From Candidatus Woesearchaeota archaeon (GTDB lineage Archaea > Nanobdellota > Nanobdellia > Woesearchaeales > GW2011-AR4): a DNA stretch of 64,000 nucleotides. The stretch covers positions 34,940 to 98,939 of the forward strand of contig JACPBQ010000004.1 in assembly GCA_016180235.1 (NCBI GenBank). The letters run 5' to 3'. A program made the position numbers and the translations under genes. The notes under the pieces were generated by a model. The model did not search any database, was not told where the DNA came from, and saw nothing but the letters and a program-made list of their open reading frames with translations. Positions 11,366 through 21,330 of this stretch are shown piece after piece (the stretch's first letter is position 1; each line of letters begins with the position of its first letter).

Positions 11366-11635
11366 ATGTTCTCGGCAGAATTAAAGAAAGCTGCGCTTAA
11401 ATTTCTCAAATCCATAAAGGAAAAAGAACTTCTTAAGAGAATTGGGAATAAAATTAACGATTTGGAGAAAAATCCTTATCCGCAGGATATTGAAAGAGTT
11501 GAAGGCTATAAAGAGGTTAAGGTTTTCAGGGTAAGAGTCGGAGATTATAGGATTCTTTACTTTGTGGATCAAGCTGCCAATAAGATTTATGTTGAAAAAA
11601 TTGATAAGAGGGAAAGGGTTTACAAAAAGAGATGA
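11366..11635 (+). CDS. RelE/ParE-family toxin
   Basis: KFLKSI...LEKNPYP...GYKEVKVFRVRVGDYRILYFVD...KIYVEKIDKRERVY matches the RelE/ParE pattern. Confidence 0.6.
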   Translation: MFSAELKKAALKFLKSIKEKELLKRIGNKINDLEKNPYPQDIERVEGYKEVKVFRVRVGDYRILYFVDQAANKIYVEKIDKRERVYKKR

Positions 11636-11738
11636 ATTTTTTCTGGTGAGCATTGTGGCAAACTCAATGGATTCCAAACAACATAAGTTATCAATCCTTT
11701 TAAGTAAATTATTTAAACTATAATTAAAAAATAATGGT

Positions 11739-12212
11739 ATGAAAGATATTGATGGTAAAATATTATTAATAATTGCAGCAGTAGTTTTGTTGAGTTTAGT
11801 AATTATGAATTTTGATATCATCAAAGTTAAAGTGCCAAATTTAACTCTGCAACTGATTATTATTGGCATGATACTATTTGTTTTAGTATTGATCATAGTG
11901 CATACCCCCGGTTTCTTTAAACAAATGCATGGTGAAATGGTGATTCTCGGTGTAGTGATTCTTATGGCTGGTTTTGTATTAGTGTTCACCACCATCCCTT
12001 TAAATTTGATTTCAGATGAAGATGACACTATTTTTCATTCATATAATTTATGTAATTCTATTCTTGGGGAAGCGGCACAACAAATAGGGGACTCAAAGGA
12101 GAAAATTAAAGAATTCTGTCAAACAGCGAATATGCTGTTCTTTTTAGGTGTTTTACTTGTGATTTTTGGGATTATATTATTCATAGTTGGATTAGTCAAA
12201 AAGAAAGGATAA
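11739..12212 (+). CDS. hypothetical membrane protein (4 TM)
   Basis: Four hydrophobic segments; the overlapping minus ORF 11381..12028 is low-complexity and spurious. Confidence 0.45.
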   Translation: MKDIDGKILLIIAAVVLLSLVIMNFDIIKVKVPNLTLQLIIIGMILFVLVLIIVHTPGFFKQMHGEMVILGVVILMAGFVLVFTTIPLNLISDEDDTIFHSYNLCNSILGEAAQQIGDSKEKIKEFCQTANMLFFLGVLLVIFGIILFIVGLVKKKG

Positions 12213-12229
12213 GTTTTACCCAAATAAAA

Positions 12230-12823
12230 ATGGAATCTAAATCTGGCGAAGTAGGAATAAAGATAAACAATAATCTCCATATGTATAAAACTAGATGTAT
12301 TGGTGATGAGTCATATAGGTACGTTTTAGAATTGGGACTTAAAGAGAAGAACAATGATAAAAAAATTATGTTTATTCTTAAAAATCCAAGTAAGGCCAAT
12401 TGTGAAGTTTCAGACCCAACACTTGATAGACTAGCAGAATGGACACTTTACCATCAAATTCATAACTTTACAGTTTGTAATATTTATGCCCGTAGAGCTA
12501 CAAAACCAGAAAAATTAAAGGCTTTTAGCCAGAATGAAAGAATAGGAGAGATAAATGACAATAAGATTAAAGATTGCTTAAAAGAGCATAAAGAAGTTAT
12601 TTTAGGTTGGGGAACCCCAAACCCATTGCCTGAAAAAGATTATAATTCTAGAATCGTAGAACTATTGAAATTTGAGGAGATAAAATCTAAAAATTTGTTT
12701 AAGGTTGGGAATTGCTTAAAAGAAGAGTACCCAAAACATCCATTGGGAATGTGGAGCCATAAAATGGAAAAATTGTCTTTCAATATTCAAAAAGCATTAG
12801 ATTCGTTAAGAGATGAGTTATAA
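12230..12823 (+). CDS. DUF1643-like protein
   Basis: IMFILKNPSKAN...DPTLDRL resembles the NPS...DPT signature of DUF1643. Confidence 0.4.
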   Translation: MESKSGEVGIKINNNLHMYKTRCIGDESYRYVLELGLKEKNNDKKIMFILKNPSKANCEVSDPTLDRLAEWTLYHQIHNFTVCNIYARRATKPEKLKAFSQNERIGEINDNKIKDCLKEHKEVILGWGTPNPLPEKDYNSRIVELLKFEEIKSKNLFKVGNCLKEEYPKHPLGMWSHKMEKLSFNIQKALDSLRDEL

Positions 12824-12972
12824 TTCCTCAAAAGGGGGCTTTGTTGGTAATTCTTATTATTTTCCCTATTGAAAATATAAGTCATAATAGATAATGTGGG
12901 CAAAATGCCAGATAACAAAATTTAACAGATTTTTGGATTAATATTATAAATCTGTGCTGTTTTCTTTCTTTT

Positions 12973-13731
12973 ATGACCCTATATTTCATAGGAATAGGCC
13001 TTAATGACGAAAAAGACATAAGCGTAAAAGGACTTGAGTTGGTAAAAAAGTCCGATTTTGTATATTTGGAAAACTACACTTCCAAGCTTAACTGCAACCT
13101 TAAATATTTAGAGGAATTATACGGGAAAAAAATTATTATTGCAGATAGGAAATTGGTTGAGATGGATGCTGAGAAAACAATACTGGAGCAGGCAAAGACA
13201 AAGGAAGTTGCTTTTTTGATTGTAGGGGATGTTTTTTCAGCAACAACGCATATGGACCTTTATCTGAGAGCCAAAAAAATGGCCATCAAGACGGGGATTG
13301 TGCATAATGCTTCTGTCTTGACTGCTGTTGGGGTTACCGGGTTACAGCTCTATAAGTTTGGCAAAACTACAAGCATTCCAATAAACAATGAGAATGTAGA
13401 GACACCCTATGATGCTCTAAAAGACAATCAAAAAAATAATTTGCATACCCTATTCATCCTGGATTTGAAGGAGGAGTCTAATGATAGCTTAAGCGTCAAT
13501 GATGCGATAAGGTACCTGCTTAAGGTTGAGATGAAAAGGGGCGAGAGGATTTTTACTGACAATACGTTGTGTGTCGGATGCGCTAAAATTGGAAGTTTGG
13601 ATCAGATAATCAAAGCCGGCAAGGCAAAAGAATTATTGAAATTTGACTTTAAGAAAGGAATGCAGTGCCTAATAGTGCCTGCAAAGCAATTGCATTTCAT
13701 GGAAGAAGAAGCCATAAAGACATATTTCTAG
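12973..13731 (+). CDS. dph5: diphthine synthase
   Basis: MTLYFIGIGLNDEKDISVKGLELVKKSDFVYLENYTS matches the conserved diphthine synthase N-terminus. Confidence 0.85.
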   Translation: MTLYFIGIGLNDEKDISVKGLELVKKSDFVYLENYTSKLNCNLKYLEELYGKKIIIADRKLVEMDAEKTILEQAKTKEVAFLIVGDVFSATTHMDLYLRAKKMAIKTGIVHNASVLTAVGVTGLQLYKFGKTTSIPINNENVETPYDALKDNQKNNLHTLFILDLKEESNDSLSVNDAIRYLLKVEMKRGERIFTDNTLCVGCAKIGSLDQIIKAGKAKELLKFDFKKGMQCLIVPAKQLHFMEEEAIKTYF

Positions 13732-14102
13732 AGGCAATGGCCTTCCTCGCAGCCGTTTCTGCATAAAAAGTGCCTTTGTTTTGGCTCCTCATCCTCGCAG
13801 TAGAATTCCCACAGCCAGTTGAAGTTCTGGCAGTAATCGTCAAATTCAAATCTTGAGGCATTATCATAATATCCGAAGACTTTTCCCTGTTCCCACCTTA
13901 TAATTCCCTTATCAGTGTCATGGCATAGCCTTACTGTTGTGATGTTTTCTTCCTGCGGCTTTTTTTCAATCTCCCCAACCTTGTAAGCGTACGCAGTTAC
14001 TTTACCTGTATCATCTTCCGTTACAGCAGCTTCCCCATTCCCGCAGCCATAAATAAAAACAATAGGAACAAGAACCAATAAGAAGCATGATATTTTTGCC
14101 AT
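13728..14102 (-). CDS. small secreted Cys-rich (lipoprotein-like) protein
   Basis: Signal peptide then YGCGNG, and 8 further Cys. Confidence 0.4.
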   Translation of the reverse strand: MAKISCFLLVLVPIVFIYGCGNGEAAVTEDDTGKVTAYAYKVGEIEKKPQEENITTVRLCHDTDKGIIRWEQGKVFGYYDNASRFEFDDYCQNFNWLWEFYCEDEEPKQRHFLCRNGCEEGHCL

Positions 14103-14198
14103 AATCCGTGCTATTGGCCACATTGTATAAATAATTTTTGCTGATTTGAGTATATGTAGGATAATTTTATAAATTAATCATCATATCAATTGCCTTAC

Positions 14199-14299
14199 AG
14201 CCCCGTGGTGTAGTGGTCAAGCATAGGGGATTTTGGTGGCAGAAACAGTAAAACTGCCGGAAAGATCCTCTGACCCAGGTTCGAATCCTGGCGGGGCTA
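14199..14299 (+). tRNA. tRNA-Gln(UUG) candidate with an ~28-nt intron after position 37
   Basis: Acceptor AGCCCCG/CGGGGCT, D-arm AGTGGTCAA, anticodon stem GGGGA/TCCTC with loop TTTTGG then inserted GGCAG...CTGCC hairpin, T-arm CCAGG-TTCGAAT-CCTGG; 101 nt, no encoded CCA. Confidence 0.6.
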
Positions 14300-14312
14300 C
14301 TTTATTTTTAAG

Positions 14313-15230
14313 ATGCAAGAAGAAGTTAAATTAAACAAATTCAAAATTGAAGACAAGGGAATATTTGACAAAGCCTATTCTTCTTTGAAATTTCCCCTGG
14401 CAGAGCACAGCTTTGCATGGATTTACCTATGGCATGGATGCTATAAGGACATTGAATGGGCGGAAATAAATGGTAATTTGTGCCTGTTCATCACATTTCT
14501 CGGAAACAGGCATGTATGGGGCCCTGTGCTGTCAGGCAATAAGCTAAGGGATACAATAAAAAAATCCTTTGAAATCTGCAAAGAGTACAATAAAAAAAAC
14601 AATATCGGCAAAAAACCGGCATTGATGTACGTTCCGGAGGAGCTGAAAGAGGCTTATTCTGAAATTGACGGATTTAAGCTGATACACCAGAACCAGGATT
14701 ATATCTACAGGAGAAAGGATATCATAGAACTAAAAGGGGATAAGTACAAGGACAAGAGAAATTTAAGGAATTATTTTATCAAGAATTATGAGTATAGGGT
14801 TGAGGAATATGAAAAAAGCAGGCACATGAAAGGGTGCGTTGAGATTCTTGACAAGTGGAACAAGCAAAAGCTTGAGGTAATAAATAAAGATGACCGTGAA
14901 AGCCTACAGGACGAGTATGATGCAAACCTCAAAGTGCTTGAGCTTGCTGAGGCTTTTGGCCTCAAAGGAGTTGTTGTTTATGTTGATGACAGGATACAGG
15001 GATATACTTTCGGAGAGCAGACAAACAAAAACATGTGCACAGATTTCTTTGAAAAGACCAACCTTAACATAAAAGGGCTTTCCGTATTCATATATGGAGA
15101 GCTGTTAAAGCTCTTTGAAGGAGAGCTTGTAAATGCCGGAGAGGACTGGGGCGTTGATTACCTAAAGACAATAAAGCTCTCCTACCATCCGCTCATGATA
15201 AGGAAAAGCTATACCCTGGAAAAGGAATAA
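14313..15230 (+). CDS. DUF2156 / LPG-synthase-C-like protein (aminoacyl-tRNA-dependent transferase fold)
   Basis: AEHSFAWIYLW..., GDKYKDKRNLRNYF, ...GEDWGVDYLKTIKLSYHP resemble the MprF C-terminal domain family. Confidence 0.45.
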   Translation: MQEEVKLNKFKIEDKGIFDKAYSSLKFPLAEHSFAWIYLWHGCYKDIEWAEINGNLCLFITFLGNRHVWGPVLSGNKLRDTIKKSFEICKEYNKKNNIGKKPALMYVPEELKEAYSEIDGFKLIHQNQDYIYRRKDIIELKGDKYKDKRNLRNYFIKNYEYRVEEYEKSRHMKGCVEILDKWNKQKLEVINKDDRESLQDEYDANLKVLELAEAFGLKGVVVYVDDRIQGYTFGEQTNKNMCTDFFEKTNLNIKGLSVFIYGELLKLFEGELVNAGEDWGVDYLKTIKLSYHPLMIRKSYTLEKE

Positions 15231-15323
15231 CGAAAACTGCGGGTTTTCCGGATTGAAAATTCCTCAATAAATGCCTAAATTTTCAATAAATATAAAAATC
15301 GCTTATTGTTTCTCAAGACTATG

Positions 15324-17798
15324 GCTGATTTGAACAAGATTGCAAAAAAATGGCAGAAGAAGTGGGAAGAGGAGGGAATATTCAGGGCAAAAGAAGACAG
15401 CAAGAAAAAAAAGTTCTATTGCCTGGAGATGTATCCATATCCATCCTCAACTCTCCACATGGGCCATCTAAGGAATTATTCTTTGGGGGATGCGCTTGCA
15501 CGCTTTAAAAGAATGAAAGGGTTTAATGTCCTTTATCCCATGGGCTATGATGCTTTTGGGCTGCCAGCAGAGAATGCTGCCATAAAGAACAAAATAAACC
15601 CGGAGAAATGGACATGGGACAACATAAACCACATCAAGAAGCAGCAGAAAGACATGGGATTCAGCTATGACTGGGATAGGCAGATACAGAGCTGCTCTGA
15701 GGATTATTACAAGTGGAACCAGTGGATTTTCCTTAAGTTCTATGAGAAAGGCCTTGCATACAGGAAAAATGCGGTTGTGAACTGGTGCCAAAGCTGCGGC
15801 ACTGTCCTGGCCAATGAGCAGGTTGAAGACGGGAAGTGCTGGAGATGCAAGAATGATGTCACGGAAAAAGAGCTTGAGCAGTGGTTTTTCAGGATTACAA
15901 AATATGCCGATCAGCTCCTTAATGATATCGATAAGCTGGAGCACTGGCCTGAAAGGGTCAAGGTAATGCAGAGGAACTGGATCGGGAAAAGCCATGGTGT
16001 AGAGATTTTCTTTAAAGTAAAAGAAACAGGAGAATCCATACCAACATTCACCACCCGGCCAGATACTATCTACAGCGCTACATTCGTTGTCGTGTCTCCT
16101 GAGAATCCAAAAGTGCTTGAGTGGGTGCAAGGCACAAAATACGAGAAAGAGGCCCTTGAGGCCATTAAGAAAATCAAAAAACAGACTATTGCCGAGAGAA
16201 CATCCCCCGAAGGAAAAGACAAAATCGGATGCTTTCTTGGGATGCATGCTATAAACCCAGTAAATGGAGAGGAAATCCCGATATATATGGCAAATTTTGT
16301 AATTTCAGAGTACGGCACGGGATTCGTGATGGCTGATGCGCATGACCAGAGGGACTTTGAATTTGCACAGAAATATGGAATCGGGCTGAAATTCGTGATT
16401 TCCAAAGACGGCAAAAAAACCAATGCCGATAAGGCTAAGGAGGCTTACACAGAAGACGGGATACTCTTTGATTCCGGAGAATTTTCAGGCATGAACAACA
16501 GGGATGCTATTGCGCCGATTTCCGATTGGATGGAAAAGAAGAAATTCGGCAAAAAAAGCATACAGTTCAAGATAAGAGACTGGCTTGTTTCAAGGCAGAG
16601 ATACTGGGGAACTCCGATACCATTCATACACTGCGGGAAATGCGGCATTGTCCCTGTGGATTATAATGACATGCCTGTCAAATTGCCTAAGCCTGATAAA
16701 TGCAAGTTTACCGGAGAAGGCAATCCTTTAGAGACTTGCAAGGAGTTTATCGATGTCAAATGCCCGAAATGCAATGGAAAGGCAAAAAGAGAAACAGACA
16801 CCATGGATACTTTTGTCGACAGCTCGTGGTATTTTTTGAGGTATTGCAGCCCGAAATATGACAAAGGGCCTTTTGACAAGAAAAAGGCTGATTACTGGAT
16901 GCCGGTAAACCAGTATATTGGCGGCATAGAGCATGCGATACTTCATTTGCTTTATGCAAGGTTCTTTACCAAAGCCCTTAGAGACCTGAAGCTTGTAGAT
17001 GCTGATGAGCCGTTTTCAAGGCTGCTTACACAGGGGATGGTAATAAAAGACGGGGCTAAGATGAGCAAAAGCCTTGGAAATGTCGTTGACCCTGCCGAGA
17101 TAACGGAAAAATACGGCCCGGATACAGGAAGGCTGTTTATACTTTTTGCTGCTTTGCCTGAGAAAGAGCTGGACTGGAATGACAAGGGCGTAAATGGAAC
17201 CCATAAATTTTTGCAGAGAGTCGATAGCCTGCATGGAAATGTTGATGCTATTAAGGCAGATGCCCGCATCCTGAACAAGATGCACAGGACCATAAGAAAT
17301 GCAAGCCAAAGCATGGATGATATTGAATTTAACAAGGCTATTGTCGAGCTGTATGGCTATGTTGATTACCTCTCTGCACTGGAAAAAATCCCAAAAGAGG
17401 CTTTTGAAACACTGCTTCTGCTTTTGGCTCCTTTTGCCCCGCACTTGTGCGAGGAATTGTGGGAAAAGCTGGGAAACAAGGGATTTATTTCACTGGAAAA
17501 ATGGCCTGAATTTGACAAAAGCAAGATAAGCGACCAAGTTGAGAAAGAAGAGCAATTAATGGAAAATACAATCAGCGATATAAGGAGCGTCTTAAAGCTG
17601 GTCAAGACAGAGCCTAAAAGATCCTATTTGTATGCGATACCCAATGAAAAAAAATTGTTTTTGGACAATAAAGATATGCTAAAAAGGAGGCTGGGCATGG
17701 AAATAGCGGTTTATGCAGTCAATGACAAGGATATTTATGACCCACAAGGAAAGGCCAGGAAGGCAAAGCCCGGAAAGCCTGCGCTTTTTTTAGAATAA
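15324..17798 (+). CDS. leuS: leucyl-tRNA synthetase, archaeal type
   Basis: HMGH (HMGHLRNY) and KMSKS ([10 protein letters not shown]) motifs. Confidence 0.9.
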   Translation, partial: ADLNKIAKKWQKKWEEEGIFRAKEDSKKKKFYCLEMYPYPSSTLHMGHLRNYSLGDALARFKRMKGFNVLYPMGYDAFGLPAENAAIKNKINPEKWTWDNINHIKKQQKDMGFSYDWDRQIQSCSEDYYKWNQWIFLKFYEKGLAYRKNAVVNWCQSCGTVLANEQVEDGKCWRCKNDVTEKELEQWFFRITKYADQLLNDIDKLEHWPERVKVMQRNWIGKSHGVEIFFKVKETGESIPTFTTRPDTIYSATFVVVSPENPKVLEWVQGTKYEKEALEAIKKIKKQTIAERTSPEGKDKIGCFLGMHAINPVNGEEIPIYMANFVISEYGTGFVMADAHDQRDFEFAQKYGIGLKFVISKDGKKTNADKAKEAYTEDGILFDSGEFSGMNNRDAIAPISDWMEKKKFGKKSIQFKIRDWLVSRQRYWGTPIPFIHCGKCGIVPVDYNDMPVKLPKPDKCKFTGEGNPLETCKEFIDVKCPKCNGKAKRETDTMDTFVDSSWYFLRYCSPKYDKGPFDKKKADYWMPVNQYIGGIEHAILHLLYARFFTKALRDLKLVDADEPFSRLLTQGMVIKDGAKMSKSLGNVVDPAEITEKYGPDTGRLFILFAALPEKELDWNDKGVNGTHKFLQRVDSLHGNVDAIKADARILNKMHRTIRNASQSMDDIEFNKAIVELYGYVDYLSALEKIPKEAFETLLLLLAPFAPHLCEELWEKLGNKGFISLEKWPEFDKSKISDQVEKEEQLMENTISDIRSVLKLVKTEPKRSYLYAIPNEKKLFLDNKDMLKRRLGMEIAVYAVNDKDIYDPQGKARKAKPGKPALFLE

Positions 17799-17799
17799 T

Positions 17800-18693
17800 A
17801 TGACCATAGTAATTCTCGGTGCCGGAGGCATAGGCAGCTTAATTGGGGGCTTTCTTAGCAAGCAAAATGATGTCCTTTTAGTCGGAAGAAGATCCCATAT
17901 AGATAAAATCAACAGGAAAGGCCTGGAAATTACAGGTTCTGTCAATGAAAATTTTAAAGTAAACGCGACAACAAAAATCATCTCAATCAATGAAAATGAC
18001 CTGATTGTCCTGACAACCAAAGCAACAGACAACAAAAGATCATTGGATGAGATAAAGCATTTAATCAGGAAAAGCAATACAGTCTTATGCCTGCAAAACG
18101 GCCTTGGAAACGAAGAACAAATAAAAAAAATCGTAGATTGCCGCGTTGTAAGGGGAATCATAACTGCAGGAGTAACTTTTTTAGAGCCGGGAAAGGTCGT
18201 CTGCAGCAACCTTGGAAATATTTTTTTAGAAGACTCTGATGCTTCTGAAAAAATTGCTGATATGCTTAATGAATCAGGCTTAGATGCGGAAATCAGAAAA
18301 GACATCAAAAAGCTCATATGGAAAAAACTGATACTGAACTGCGTATTGAATCCTTTAACGGCTATCCTTAAAGTGGAGAATAATGGAATTTCTGATGTCC
18401 TTGATGTTGCCAAAATGATAAGTGATGAGGCTGTTGAAGCTGCAAAAACACAGCATATAGACTTCAACAAATATAAAGTCTTCAGGGATGTTTGTAGAGT
18501 CATCAACAGCGCTGGAAGCAATAAATCGTCAATGCTTCAGGATATCCTGAAAGGAAGAAAAACCGAAATTGACTTTTTAAACGGCAGGATAGCTGAAATT
18601 GCAGAAAAACACAAGATTGGTGCGCCTGTCAACATGGCTTTAACGGATATTATCAGGTTTTTGGAGAATAAAAAATTAAAAACAAAAATTTAA
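17800..18693 (+). CDS. panE: 2-dehydropantoate 2-reductase (ApbA/PanE family)
   Basis: N-terminal Rossmann ILGAGGIGSLIGGFL and family-typical length and architecture. Confidence 0.65.
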   Translation: MTIVILGAGGIGSLIGGFLSKQNDVLLVGRRSHIDKINRKGLEITGSVNENFKVNATTKIISINENDLIVLTTKATDNKRSLDEIKHLIRKSNTVLCLQNGLGNEEQIKKIVDCRVVRGIITAGVTFLEPGKVVCSNLGNIFLEDSDASEKIADMLNESGLDAEIRKDIKKLIWKKLILNCVLNPLTAILKVENNGISDVLDVAKMISDEAVEAAKTQHIDFNKYKVFRDVCRVINSAGSNKSSMLQDILKGRKTEIDFLNGRIAEIAEKHKIGAPVNMALTDIIRFLENKKLKTKI

Positions 18694-18718
18694 ATAACCC
18701 TGAGGTCGCTGATTCCAT

Positions 18719-19519
18719 ATGAAAATCGGGAAAGCCTTGATAGTGTACACAAAGCCGAAAAGAAAGGAAGAGAAAGAAGCCCTGGATCACATAAAGGGCA
18801 CGCTTAAAAAATATGATATAAAATATAAAATCAGGAAAAGGGAAAAGCTCAAGGCAAAATTCTTCAGGAATATGGACCTGATTTTAGCTTTTGGCGGAGA
18901 CGGCACTTTCCTGATGGCCTCCCATTATGTCCTGGACAAAGTTCCGATGTTCGGCATTAATTCTGACCCTTCAACCAAAGAAGGATTCTTCATGACCGCG
19001 AATAATGATGATTTTGAAAAAAAACTCAGGAGAATAATCAACAACAGCTTTAAAATAAAAAAACTCCAGAGACTGGAAGCATACATAGGGAAAAAAAGAA
19101 TTCCTGATTTGGCCTTGAATGAATACTATGTTGCTTCGGAAAAGCCCTATCATACTGCGCGCTACTATCTAAATGTAAGAGGAAAGAGGGAGAGGCAGAA
19201 AAGCTCGGGCGTCCTGGTAAGCACTGCTGCAGGAAGCTATGCATGGGTAAAAAGCGCCGGAGGGAAAGAATTGCCGTTATATTCTGATGATTTTGAGTAT
19301 ATAATAAGGGAGCCTTATTGCGGAAGGACAGCTGCAAAATGCAGGCTCTTCAACGATATACTTAAGAAATACGAGAAAATTGTGATTGAGTTTGAGATTG
19401 GCAATGGAATAATAATTGCGGATTCAACCGCTACCGAGCACAAGTTCAAGGCTGGGGAAAAAGTCACGATAAGATTGTCAAAAAAGCCGCTGAATGTGAT
19501 TTCTTTTGATAATAGATGA
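18719..19519 (+). CDS. nadK: NAD kinase
   Basis: GGDGTFL motif. Confidence 0.8.
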   Translation: MKIGKALIVYTKPKRKEEKEALDHIKGTLKKYDIKYKIRKREKLKAKFFRNMDLILAFGGDGTFLMASHYVLDKVPMFGINSDPSTKEGFFMTANNDDFEKKLRRIINNSFKIKKLQRLEAYIGKKRIPDLALNEYYVASEKPYHTARYYLNVRGKRERQKSSGVLVSTAAGSYAWVKSAGGKELPLYSDDFEYIIREPYCGRTAAKCRLFNDILKKYEKIVIEFEIGNGIIIADSTATEHKFKAGEKVTIRLSKKPLNVISFDNR

Positions 19520-19615
19520 TGGGTTATTGATTTATTTTAAGTCTTAAACTTTTTAATTTATCCATTGCTTTATTCATATCTTTTTCCTTTTTTGATGTAA
19601 TTGTCAGCTTTCATT

Positions 19616-19903
19616 TTATTCCGGCGGTATGTTCAAGAATCTATAAATTTCCTCCTTTTTTCTAGGATTCAAAGAAATGTGCCATTCCCCAGTTTTCTTT
19701 AATTTTGTTAAAAATTCCAATTTGTATAGTTCTTCTATTGCCTTATCAACAACTTTTGTTCCTCGTAAATGCGATGGCAGGCCTTTTATCAGATTATCTT
19801 CCCCTGTATGCGAGTTTCCCCACTTAGCCGGTTTCATAGACATTAATTTTCTCAAAATTTTTTCTTGAATTGCCCTTTTTTCCACAGCGAGGATGAAGTA
19901 CAA
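19616..19903 (-). CDS. small conserved protein (possible winged helix), paralog of 25488..25745
   Basis: ...GLPSHLRGTKVVDKAIEELYKLEFLTKLKKTGEWHISLN aligns with ...ALPKHIRGEKITEEVIKELVSKEFITTKQSTGEIHISLN in the second copy. Confidence 0.5.
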   Translation of the reverse strand: MYFILAVEKRAIQEKILRKLMSMKPAKWGNSHTGEDNLIKGLPSHLRGTKVVDKAIEELYKLEFLTKLKKTGEWHISLNPRKKEEIYRFLNIPPE

Positions 19904-19994
19904 TTCCTATATAAACATTTTCTTTTATTAAGGTATATTAATATACCAAAATAGAAAGTTTTAAATATCACATACATACTCACATACATATACA

Positions 19995-20360
19995 ATGAAA
20001 GAAACACGCAAAAATCAAAGATTTTTGATGTCTCATAAAGAGACAACCATATTTAGGGAAGCTTTGGGCGATAACCCGGTAATTAGGGTTTTAGACTTTT
20101 TAATAGAGGGAAGAGGCTTGGATTATTCTTTATCAGATATCGCAGAAAATTCCAATATAGGATGGACAACTTTGCATAGGATTTGGGATAGATTATTAAA
20201 ATTGGAGATTGTAATTTCCACAAGAGAGATTGGAAGAGCAAAGCTGTTTAAGCTGAACGATGGGAATAAAGCTGTCAAAGAGCTGATAAGGCTTTACGAT
20301 ACCTTGCTTTACCAGGAAACTGAAAAACATCTGTCAAAAAGATTAATTGCCAAGATTTGA
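19995..20360 (+). CDS. winged-helix transcriptional regulator, paralog of 25069..25443
   Basis: VIRVLDFLIEGRGLDYSLSDIAENSNIGWTTLHRIW aligns with KIKVLEFLIEGRELDYSISDIAEGSGIGRTTLFRIW. Confidence 0.55.
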   Translation: MKETRKNQRFLMSHKETTIFREALGDNPVIRVLDFLIEGRGLDYSLSDIAENSNIGWTTLHRIWDRLLKLEIVISTREIGRAKLFKLNDGNKAVKELIRLYDTLLYQETEKHLSKRLIAKI

Positions 20361-20377
20361 TTTTTTAATGAAAATAA

Positions 20378-20658
20378 GTAGGCAGGCACGCCTGGAAATT
20401 GACACAGGCAAAACAAAGCAGCTTACCCTGATTTATCCTCGGTTCCGCTACCCCATGAGCACCGCATCTAAAGATTACGGCTGCTTCCTTCCAGACCTGA
20501 CCGGTTTTTCAAAAGATACAGTCCCACAGGACAGAACTTCATGGTCAAAACCAAGACCACTCTGCAATGCAAATGCCTCTTTTCAAGCTTCGGCTCTCTC
20601 ATAAAGCCCATTTAGAGTTACAGCGCAGGGCCAACGCGCCAGCCTAGCCTGCCCGTCA
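20378..20658 (-). ncRNA. ffs: signal recognition particle RNA (7S RNA)
   Basis: The minus strand carries the helix-8 motif CCGGUCAGGUCUGGAAGGAAGCAGCC (compare E. coli 4.5S GGUCAGGUCCGGAAGGAAGCAGCC). Terminal GGCAGGC/GCCUGCC pairing closes an ~280-nt GC-rich RNA; the plus-strand ORF 20347..20604 is antisense to it. Confidence 0.7.
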
Positions 20659-20697
20659 GCAGTATAGTAAGGTATTTTTTAAAGGTTTTGCTTAAGT

Positions 20698-21207
20698 TTA
20701 AGTTTTTTTAGTAGCTTGTTCTAATTTTTTATCAAAGAGATACAAAACAATGATTTTGTTTCCAGGATGAACAATTTCAAAATCCGTTGAAAAAGTAACC
20801 AAAGAGTGTAATCCACAGTCTGGTCCTGGATCTTCCATACCTAATAATTTATCCCTGCTGTAAGGTTTACCTTTTAATGCTGCGTCTATTTTTTCACCAT
20901 AAGCGTAACCTTTTCCTTCATCGGTTACTTCTAGTACAATTCCTTTTGCGCCAAAGTATACATTGACATGCACAAATTTGCCTTCTTTGTTTTTATTACC
21001 ATACCATTCTGCATTTAGAGAAAGTTCTCCAGCCAGGCACAGTATTTCTTCTAACTCCGATATTTTTCCATCAAATCGCTTTTGGAACTCCCTTTGGACA
21101 TCTTCCTTAACACCCCAGTTCACATATTTAAAGGGGTTGGATTCATATTTCCCCCTAAATATATCTCCATTATGCTCGATTTGTTTTAAAAAATCTGGAA
21201 GTTTCAT
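20698..21207 (-). CDS. GHKL/HATPase_c-type ATP-binding protein (RsbW-like size)
   Basis: N-box-like ELSLNAEWYG, G1-like VLEVTDEGKGY and G2-like GPDCGLHSL. Confidence 0.45.
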   Translation of the reverse strand: MKLPDFLKQIEHNGDIFRGKYESNPFKYVNWGVKEDVQREFQKRFDGKISELEEILCLAGELSLNAEWYGNKNKEGKFVHVNVYFGAKGIVLEVTDEGKGYAYGEKIDAALKGKPYSRDKLLGMEDPGPDCGLHSLVTFSTDFEIVHPGNKIIVLYLFDKKLEQATKKT

Positions 21208-21330
21208 ACCATTCAGGATTTTAAATTATATTTAAAAATGTTTCGATTTTGTAACTACTACTAAATAATTATTTATTTTAACTAAATTTATTTTATCAGA
21301 AAAACTTATTAGAAAACTTTATAATGTAGT

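Noticed and set aside
11381-12028. 215-aa minus-strand ORF
   Set aside because: Overlaps both the RelE/ParE toxin and a plausible membrane protein on the plus strand; its translation is I/N/F-rich low complexity.
15468-17605. Many minus-strand ORFs inside leuS
   Set aside because: Antisense to a complete class-I aaRS with HMGH/KMSKS motifs.
20347-20604. 85-aa plus-strand ORF
   Set aside because: Lies antisense to the SRP RNA (helix-8 motif on the opposite strand).
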